Part shown: piece after piece, positions 6,751 to 12,993 of the stretch
Layout of the letters: each line of letters opens with the position of its first letter
Numbering within the stretch: the stretch's first letter is position 1
IMG/VR virus record: IMGVR_UViG_3300027890_000003
Coordinates: 1 to 33,596 of that record
Reading direction: 5' to 3' (one strand)
DNA: 33,596 nucleotides
Origin: a virus
Taxonomy: Duplodnaviria > Caudoviricetes
Position numbers and translations under genes: made by a program
The notes under the pieces: model-generated
Told to the model about the DNA's origin: nothing
Seen by the model: only the letters and a program-made list of their open reading frames with translations
The model's database searches: none

Positions 6751-8085
6751 ATGACCGACCTGCTGCAAGACGGACCCGGCTGCGCTGAAGGCAGGCGCTA
6801 CGCCCGCTGGTTTGCTGACCGCCTGGACGCCATGTGGCTGCTGCGCAAAGCCCACAACGAACGAGGACTGACCACCATGACCACACCTGACCTGACCCAG
6901 CGCCTGCGCGACTTTGCCGACACGTACCGTGGCATCGATGAGCTGGGATACACCGGACTCATGACCCAAGCTGTTGACGAGTTGGAGCGGCTGCGCCAAG
7001 CCGCTGCACAGCAGGACGAGGCCATCAACTGGGTTACCAAGGGCGTGCAGGAGATCATCGCCGAGCGTGACGTGCTGCGCGCCAAGGCGGCGCTAGGCAT
7101 GGCGATGGCCGATGCCGCAGCGCAACTCGCCGAGCTGGAGCGCCTGCGCGCCCAGGTTGCGCCGGCCGATGTCACGCCCGAGATGCTGCGCGCCGGCCAG
7201 ATGACGGAAGCGGGCGGCTATGTCTGCTCAAGCCTCTCTGGCGCGTACGAACTGCTCACAAAGTTGTTCAAGGCCATGCTCGCCGCCGCCCCGGCACAGC
7301 AGGCCGAGCCTGTCTTCCACCTCCGCAGCTATGGAGATGTGACGCGGGCGCAGCTGGACGAACTGACCCAGCAGCAGGCCGCCCCATCCCTGACGCTTGC
7401 TGCGGCACTGCGCGCCCGCCACAACCTCCCGATTACAGCTCCCCGGCGCTACCCGCTGGTTGGTGAAATCGTCGAGGTGGACGGCAAGGTCGGCGTGTGC
7501 ACCGAGTACCACAAGGGCTGGTGCTACGTCCGCGACATGGACGACGAGTGGCTCGACTTCATCAGCGATGAGGCGCGGCACGGCCCCTGCGGTAAGACGT
7601 GGCGCATCCTTGACGACGCCCCATCCCTGACGGTTGAGGATGACCCAGAGAACGACCCGCCCGCGCGCGAAGCCTCCGACTGGGCGCCCGGCCCCGACTA
7701 CGACGGCGACGGCTCTGTCGCGGCGATGGCGAGGCGTGCGGCTGCGCAGCCTGCCGCGCAGGCAGAGCCGGTGGCCGACCTGACGCCCGAGCAGCTCGCC
7801 GACAAATGCGAATCCTGGCTCCAGACGGGGACGCTCACGACGAACGTTGTGGACGCCTACGAAGCCGGCTACCGCGACTGCGAGGCTGCACATGCGGCCG
7901 CCGCTTCCAAGCGGCCCGCGCAGGGGGTGGAACTGACATTCGAGCAGCGCCGCGCGGTCCACGAGGCCGAGCGCAATGCCGCCGCAGATCGCTGGTTTGC
8001 TGCGCGGGCCGACTGGGTGCTCGACTGCCCGGACGCGCGCCGCAAGTTTGAAGCTGGCTTTGACGCCGCGAAGGAGCAGCCGTGA
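6751..8085 (+). CDS. mosaic multi-module early protein (Ead/Eaa-like architecture)
   Basis: In-frame starts at 6751 and 6877 (GAGGA RBS); repeated linkers ELERLR x2, QAEPV x2, APSLT x2. Confidence 0.7.
   Translation: MTDLLQDGPGCAEGRRYARWFADRLDAMWLLRKAHNERGLTTMTTPDLTQRLRDFADTYRGIDELGYTGLMTQAVDELERLRQAAAQQDEAINWVTKGVQEIIAERDVLRAKAALGMAMADAAAQLAELERLRAQVAPADVTPEMLRAGQMTEAGGYVCSSLSGAYELLTKLFKAMLAAAPAQQAEPVFHLRSYGDVTRAQLDELTQQQAAPSLTLAAALRARHNLPITAPRRYPLVGEIVEVDGKVGVCTEYHKGWCYVRDMDDEWLDFISDEARHGPCGKTWRILDDAPSLTVEDDPENDPPAREASDWAPGPDYDGDGSVAAMARRAAAQPAAQAEPVADLTPEQLADKCESWLQTGTLTTNVVDAYEAGYRDCEAAHAAAASKRPAQGVELTFEQRRAVHEAERNAAADRWFAARADWVLDCPDARRKFEAGFDAAKEQP
7380..7632 (+). repeat. 16-bp in-frame direct repeat CGCCCCATCCCTGACG (7380-7395 and 7617-7632)
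   Basis: Exact copies 237 bp (79 codons) apart within the CDS. Confidence 0.85.
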
Positions 8086-8330
8086 CCTGCATCAACTTCG
8101 GTGGCGGCATCGTCTGCGTCAACGACAACTGGGGCCGTCTCAAGGTCGGCAACCGCTACATCTGGGTGGACATGCACCCATGGTGCGGCCCGAGCTTCTT
8201 CACCGACTCCGACATGTCCAAGGTCTACGACCCGGTGGATGAGACGGACCCGGTGTGGCCTGTGTTCGGCGAATGGCTGGAGCGCAAGAAGGCAGAGAAG
8301 GCGAAGGCCGAAGCCCGCCGCAAACCATGA
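8082..8330 (+). CDS. hypothetical protein (82 aa)
   Basis: GTGA-coupled start; MTCINFGGGIVC...HPWCGPSFF; ends RKP* in repeat copy 7. Confidence 0.75.
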   Translation: MTCINFGGGIVCVNDNWGRLKVGNRYIWVDMHPWCGPSFFTDSDMSKVYDPVDETDPVWPVFGEWLERKKAEKAKAEARRKP

Positions 8331-8347
8331 AACCCAATCCCCGGAAG
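8322..8347 (+). repeat. intergenic repeat, copy 7
   Basis: AAACCA TGA AACCCAATCCCCGGAAG; next ATGs at 8348/8354. Confidence 0.85.
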
Positions 8348-8353
8348 ATGCCC

Positions 8354-8827
8354 ATGAAAGCAACCATCGAGCTGACCGTGCGCTCCGGCTGGTACGGCGA
8401 GAAGGCGCAGACCTTCGTCGTGCCGCTGGACGAGCGCGCCTGGCGCGACATCGCAAACCCCGTGGAGTTGAGCGACGAGCCGCTGTCGCTGCTGCTGGCC
8501 TCGCCCGGCATGATGGGCGGCCGAGGTGATGCCGTCACCATCCGCGAAAGCACGTTCAAGCTGCGCCGCAGCTACGCGCAGTCGATTGCGGACGCGCTGA
8601 CGCGGCAACTGCTGGAGGCCTTCGGCGTCAATGACGAGTTGGACGGCCACAAGGTCTCCGGCATGTCGGATGAGGAACGCGCCTGGCACCAGCAGCGCGG
8701 CCGGCTGGCGCCGCAGCGCCATGAGCCTCTGCCGCCATCGCCTCTGCAGTCGATGTCCGAGGTAATCGAGCGGCACGTCAGCGAGTCGCTGCACGCCCCG
8801 CGCAAATCCAGCAAGAGGAAGGCCTGA
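8354..8827 (+). CDS. hypothetical protein
   Basis: MKATIELTVR... 157 aa, bounded by repeat copies 7 and 8; start could be 8348. Confidence 0.72.
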   Translation: MKATIELTVRSGWYGEKAQTFVVPLDERAWRDIANPVELSDEPLSLLLASPGMMGGRGDAVTIRESTFKLRRSYAQSIADALTRQLLEAFGVNDELDGHKVSGMSDEERAWHQQRGRLAPQRHEPLPPSPLQSMSEVIERHVSESLHAPRKSSKRKA

Positions 8828-8850
8828 CCTTCCAACCCCCGAGAACTGAG
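8819..8850 (+). repeat. intergenic repeat, copy 8 (diverged)
   Basis: AAGGCC TGA CCTTCCAACCCCCGAGAACTGAG; shares the GAACTGA tail with copies 1 and 2; GTG at 8859. Confidence 0.65.
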
Positions 8851-8858
8851 GACCGACC

Positions 8859-9149
8859 GTGATCCGATTCATCATCAAGCGCCACATGGACAACGGGCGC
8901 ACCGTTGGCACGAGCACCTTCGAGACGTTTGACGTGGACGTGCCCGAGCTGGAAGCCGCGCTGACCGGTGGCGGCCATGACCACGCCGGCAGCTACGACG
9001 TGCGCGAACTGGTCGGCGTCGAGGTACTGCCTGCGGAGTCCGACCTGTGCCAGAACTGCGGCGACCTGGCCCACCCCGGCTGCAACTCCGAATTCAGCGC
9101 CGAGCCAGCCTGCCGCTTCTGGGGCCCAGGCGCTGCGTCCCGTACTTGA
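8859..9149 (+). CDS. hypothetical protein with Cys-rich C-terminus
   Basis: GTG start after GAGGA; CQNC...C...C tail; its TGA stop lies in the tRNA-like fragment. Confidence 0.72.
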   Translation: MIRFIIKRHMDNGRTVGTSTFETFDVDVPELEAALTGGGHDHAGSYDVRELVGVEVLPAESDLCQNCGDLAHPGCNSEFSAEPACRFWGPGAASRT

Positions 9150-9197
9150 AATCCCCCGCCGCAAGGTGTGCCGGTTCGAGTCCGGCCCCGGGCACCA
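9144..9197 (+). other. 3' half of a tRNA-Leu; putative attP core
   Basis: A-CTTGAAA-TCCCC, variable arm GCC-GCAA-GGT, T-arm GCCGG-TTCGAGT-CCGGC, acceptor strand CCCGGGC, discriminator A, CCA. No D-arm or matching 5' anticodon stem upstream. Confidence 0.8.
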
Positions 9198-9238
9198 GAA
9201 GAAACTGAAGCGGGCGGGTGTGTGGGAAGTTCTTGGAC

Positions 9239-9487
9239 CTAGCGGGTGGGCGCACCGTTGCGCCACCTCGGGGCATCCAGCCACAGGTACAGCAGTACAG
9301 AGGCCCCGAGCATTGAGGGGCCAGCGCGCTCAAGCCCGTACGCCGGCAGAGATAGGACCGCGCCCGCAAGCAGGACGCCGTACTGAATTTTGACGCGGGT
9401 TCGGGTGAAGTCGTCCATGACCCTGGCGCGGCAGATGACCGCCCAGAAAATCCCGGCAACAATGAGGTAATGCACGGCTTCGATCAT
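9239..9487 (-). CDS. small membrane protein (about 3 TM), holin-module associated
   Basis: MIEAVHYLIVAGIFWAVICRARVM...; 82 aa, ATGA-coupled to the upstream holin-like gene. Confidence 0.7.
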   Translation of the reverse strand: MIEAVHYLIVAGIFWAVICRARVMDDFTRTRVKIQYGVLLAGAVLSLPAYGLERAGPSMLGASVLLYLWLDAPRWRNGAPTR

Positions 9488-9879
9488 TTCGTCTTCCCGT
9501 CCTGATGAATCGCGGCCTCGACCCAGCGTTTGGCAAGCTGCCCCGCCCACCGAAGCACCGCGGGCCATCGATGCCCAATCCAGCCGATCGTCAGAGCGAT
9601 GGGCGCCAGACCCCGCCTGTCGCCAATGAGCGGCGATAGCAGCCCGACGAGCTCGGCAAATGTGCCGGTCACGAGCCACGCCGCACAGCCCATTGACGCA
9701 ACGTAGGCCATGCCTTCCCATGCGGTGCAGGGGCGCCAGGACATGAGCCCAAACACACCGCCAGCCATGCCAGCGATCAGCACCACCAAGTGAGGCGCCA
9801 GGGCTGTAGCGGTAGCTGCCCCGACGAACACACTCAGAACCTGCGCAATCCCCGCGACGGGGTCAGCTCCGTTTGCCAT
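9484..9879 (-). CDS. putative holin-like membrane protein
   Basis: ATG at 9879 with GGAGGTGGAG RBS; 131 aa with about 3 hydrophobic segments and a basic C-terminus; located after the tailspike. Confidence 0.6.
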   Translation of the reverse strand: MANGADPVAGIAQVLSVFVGAATATALAPHLVVLIAGMAGGVFGLMSWRPCTAWEGMAYVASMGCAAWLVTGTFAELVGLLSPLIGDRRGLAPIALTIGWIGHRWPAVLRWAGQLAKRWVEAAIHQDGKTK

Positions 9880-10228
9880 AGCTCCACCTCCAAAACACTG
9901 CCACCGCGACCGAAGCGGAGACCAGCAGCATCGGGACACCCCACTGCTTGCTGCACTGCTCTTCGCCGGGCTGGAGAACAAACCGCGTCGCGAGCCAGTA
10001 CGCAGAGCACCCTGCCGTGGTGCTCGACATGACCGCCACGGCGGCGCACACGGCGGTCAGGAATCGATCCCGAAAACACAGGTGCAGGCCCAGCAGTGCG
10101 GCGCACAGCAGCGGCCACTGCGTGACGTAGCGCACGGCTCCCTGCAGGCCCGGCGGCACAAGCTGCCAGGAAAACTCGTTCACCGATGCCGCAGCGAGCA
10201 GGATCAGCGCGTAGGTGCTGACTCTCAT
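9863..10228 (-). CDS. multi-pass membrane protein (about 4 TM)
   Basis: MRVSTYALILLAAAS...; 121 aa, hydrophobic; starts 1 nt after the stop of the upstream peptide gene. Confidence 0.7.
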   Translation of the reverse strand: MRVSTYALILLAAASVNEFSWQLVPPGLQGAVRYVTQWPLLCAALLGLHLCFRDRFLTAVCAAVAVMSSTTAGCSAYWLATRFVLQPGEEQCSKQWGVPMLLVSASVAVAVFWRWSYGKRS

Positions 10229-10229
10229 C

Positions 10230-10367
10230 TCAGTGCGGGGGATCCGTTGGCGGAGGGCCGGCATTAGTGCTGGGCGGCGGTGGGGTCGGCAATGGGTCGA
10301 GACGGTCAGCAAGGCCGAAGCACCGGGCGCCCAGCTTGCGGAGGATCGAGGCAATGGGTTTAAGCAT
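10230..10367 (-). CDS. 45-aa peptide with amphipathic N-terminus and Pro-rich C-terminus (not in ORF track)
   Basis: GAGGA RBS; MLKPIASILRKLGARCFGLADRLDPLPTPPPPSTNAGPPPTDPPH*; fills the gap exactly. Confidence 0.65.
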   Translation of the reverse strand: MLKPIASILRKLGARCFGLADRLDPLPTPPPPSTNAGPPPTDPPH

Positions 10368-10374
10368 GATGTCC

Positions 10375-12936
10375 TCAGAAATTCACTAGCGCCGCGCTAA
10401 CGAGCTGCTTCTGTGCCGTCGTGCCAGTGAGAGTGCTGCTCGCTTCCTTGTAGCAAACCGAGGCCTCGCCAATCGAGTAGCCGTAGGTCGACGCGGTGCC
10501 GGTATCGCCCGTGCTCCAGATTTGCGACTGGGCCAGCGCCTTGATGCCCACCGTTGTGCCGGTGAAATTGTTGCTGACTGACGTGACCCGGCTACCAAGT
10601 GCATTGATTCCATTGCCAGCGCCGGCAAGCGTCAGGCTCTCAAGATGCGCATTGGAGTTGCGCAGCGACACGCCACCCGCGCAATTCAAACCGTTGCGCA
10701 CGTCGACCATGGAGCAGTTGGTGATGGTCATGCTGGGGACGGTGGCGCCCAGCGGGGACCGCAGGTTGATCGGGTTAGATACGCCGCTCAGCGCAAATGC
10801 TGCATATGTGGCATTGACAGCTAGGCTGATCGTGACTGCCGTCTGCCCGCCAGTCAGCTTTGAAACGCGCTCAAGTGCTTCCGTCAGCGTAGCAACAGGA
10901 CTTGCGGCCGAGCCGATGGCGTCATCGCTGCCAGAGGCATTTACGGTGATCGTCGCGGCTGTGAGCGACTCACCATTCAAAATCACGGGGGCCATGTCAG
11001 TCGGGGTATTGACGACAGTGCCCAGCGTTGAATTAGTGAACTCAACGCGCACCAACCGACCGCCCGAAAGATCGATCTTGTCGGGCATCACAAACCGGTC
11101 AAACGACCCATCTCGAACGCGGTTAAGCGTGATGTATGGCGTCAAGTCGGTTGTGCTGGTGCGGACGTTGACCATCGACAACCCATTTATCCAGCCACCC
11201 GCGCCGGTCAAGATTGGTGCGCAGGCGTTGCCGTCAACTTGGACGTTCGAATACTGGTGCTGGTTGAAAGCCGTGTTCTCGGTCGTTGTGTTGGAACTGT
11301 GGCGGTACAGGATGCCCGTCGCGCCGCTCGCAGTTGTGCCGCATGTGATCTGGAGATTGCCTATCTTGACGTTGTTGATACCGATTGGCGACGACGTGTC
11401 GTGCGCGAACTCAAGCAGACCGCCGCCGTAGACATTGGAGTTGTCAGCAGTGATCGTCACGTTCAGGATGTTGACGTTGCGGATCCGCCCCGCAGCGACG
11501 TTGAGCTCCAGGCCGCCGCAGTAGCAGCCAATGAACTCCAGGTCCGACATGTTCACGCCGTCGCAGTTGTAGTCCGGCAGCGTTGAGCCCCCGCCCTTGG
11601 TGTACTCGCGCAAGAAGATTGGATAACCTCCGACTCCCGGCTGGCCATTGCCAAAGCTCCTCACGCCGTTGATGCTGGCGTTCGAAAGGTTCAGGAGGTA
11701 CATGCCCCGGAAATTGATGTTGTTGCCGCTGCCGGCGCCCTGCATTGAAATGTCGTCAGCGAACAGGCCGTCGATGTGCAGCAGTTCCATCGCGTGGTGA
11801 TAGCCGTACGTCTTGATACCACGCAAAGTGACGTTCTTGTACTTGACGCCGCCCATAGGTATCAGGTCGTCAGTTTGGAATTCAATCAAGCTGTAGCCAT
11901 ATTGGCCACTGAGGTCGCGCAGAACAATGTTCGAGGCAGCAGTGTCGAAATACACCGGTACGCCGCTGCTCGATGCGCCGCCGCTACCGGTCTGGGCGCC
12001 AATGAACTTGATGCCGGCCACCGTGACGTTCGTGCAGTTGCGGAAGCGAAACCAGACTTGGCCGAGCTTGTTGGTGCAAGTGAACGTCGCGCCATAGCCC
12101 TGGATCGTGACGTTGCTAAGCCCGAAGAAGTCAATGCTGCTGCCCTCGGCCGCGTTGTAGGCGCCAAGCTGCGTACCGTCGAGCGTGTAGTTGCCGGGCG
12201 GCACCGTGAAATTGATGTTGCCGCCGAGCGTCTTCGCATAGTCCGCGAGCTTCTTCAGGGCTGCGACGTTCGCTGCGCCCGTGGCAGCCGTCGATAGGCC
12301 GGCGTCAGCCGCGGTGAGGTTCTCGATGTTCTTGTCGTGCTGGGTGCGGTCGACGGCGCCGGTAAAGGGCTGCTTGACGCCGATGCCTGCGTCTCCTTTG
12401 GCGACATCGGAGGTGTTGGCGATGTTGGCGGCCAAGTCGGCAGCACTGCCACTCACTGGCGCAACAAGCGACACGCGGCCGTCAGAGTCAAACCCTAGCA
12501 GCAAGTTGGCGCGAGAGGCGGCAGCCGGGAGAGTTGAGCCAGAAGTGTCAGATGGCGAGAAAACCAACGCGCGGCCGGCAATCTCCAGGAGCTGCTGCGA
12601 CAGCATCATCAGCCGATCGAAGTCGCGCCCCACAGTCTCGGCGGGGAAGTCCTCGCCGTCCACATAGTCGCTCGACTGCAGGGGCTCCACGTCGCGCAGG
12701 ATGGTGACGTATCCGCCAGAGGCGTAGGCTGTCGTCGTTGTGACGGTGCCGGTTGATCCGCCACCGCCGGTCACCGTGTAGCCGACGTTCAACGTCAGCT
12801 CGGACTCGTTGCCGTCAGAATCGGTGTAGATGACCTGAAGGTCTTCGTCCCGAAGAAAGGGGAATAGCACAGACCAAGGGCCCGTGGTCCCGTTGGTTCC
12901 GTACTGTGCTCGGGAGACGGTGGTTTCGACGGTCAT
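10375..12936 (-). CDS. tail fibre/tailspike: T7 gp17-like N-terminal anchor plus right-handed beta-helix (depolymerase-like)
   Basis: N-terminal TNGTT..W...FPF....DL.V...DFPAE....FDRL.ML.QQL anchor, RTQHDKN linker, VPPGNY beta-helix cap, N/G/T/I-rich coils; last structural gene. Confidence 0.88.
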   Translation of the reverse strand: MTVETTVSRAQYGTNGTTGPWSVLFPFLRDEDLQVIYTDSDGNESELTLNVGYTVTGGGGSTGTVTTTTAYASGGYVTILRDVEPLQSSDYVDGEDFPAETVGRDFDRLMMLSQQLLEIAGRALVFSPSDTSGSTLPAAASRANLLLGFDSDGRVSLVAPVSGSAADLAANIANTSDVAKGDAGIGVKQPFTGAVDRTQHDKNIENLTAADAGLSTAATGAANVAALKKLADYAKTLGGNINFTVPPGNYTLDGTQLGAYNAAEGSSIDFFGLSNVTIQGYGATFTCTNKLGQVWFRFRNCTNVTVAGIKFIGAQTGSGGASSSGVPVYFDTAASNIVLRDLSGQYGYSLIEFQTDDLIPMGGVKYKNVTLRGIKTYGYHHAMELLHIDGLFADDISMQGAGSGNNINFRGMYLLNLSNASINGVRSFGNGQPGVGGYPIFLREYTKGGGSTLPDYNCDGVNMSDLEFIGCYCGGLELNVAAGRIRNVNILNVTITADNSNVYGGGLLEFAHDTSSPIGINNVKIGNLQITCGTTASGATGILYRHSSNTTTENTAFNQHQYSNVQVDGNACAPILTGAGGWINGLSMVNVRTSTTDLTPYITLNRVRDGSFDRFVMPDKIDLSGGRLVRVEFTNSTLGTVVNTPTDMAPVILNGESLTAATITVNASGSDDAIGSAASPVATLTEALERVSKLTGGQTAVTISLAVNATYAAFALSGVSNPINLRSPLGATVPSMTITNCSMVDVRNGLNCAGGVSLRNSNAHLESLTLAGAGNGINALGSRVTSVSNNFTGTTVGIKALAQSQIWSTGDTGTASTYGYSIGEASVCYKEASSTLTGTTAQKQLVSAALVNF

Positions 12937-12958
12937 GCGCGCGGCCCTTTAAGACGGC

Positions 12959-12992
12959 GGCATGGTCTAGGTTGGAACAGCGAACGTTTTTC
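12959..12992 (-). promoter_or_regulatory. late bipartite motif copy C (upstream of tailspike)
   Basis: GAAAAACGTTCGC-TGTTCCAACCTA-GACCATGCC on the minus strand. Confidence 0.75.
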
Positions 12993-12993
12993 C

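Noticed and set aside
2966-8850. CRISPR array or integron attC sites as explanation for the intergenic repeats
   Set aside because: Spacing is gene-sized and irregular, the repeats are non-palindromic with no RYYYAAC/GTTRRRY ends, and there is no cas or intI gene.
9110-9197. Complete tRNA gene (Ser-TGA or Leu)
   Set aside because: Upstream GCCCAGG is too close and mismatched; there is no D-arm, and CCGTA cannot pair with TCCCC. Only the 3' half is present.
9200-12936. Diversity-generating retroelement as in BPP-1
   Set aside because: No reverse transcriptase, no avd, and no TR/VR pair differing at adenines seen near either fibre gene.
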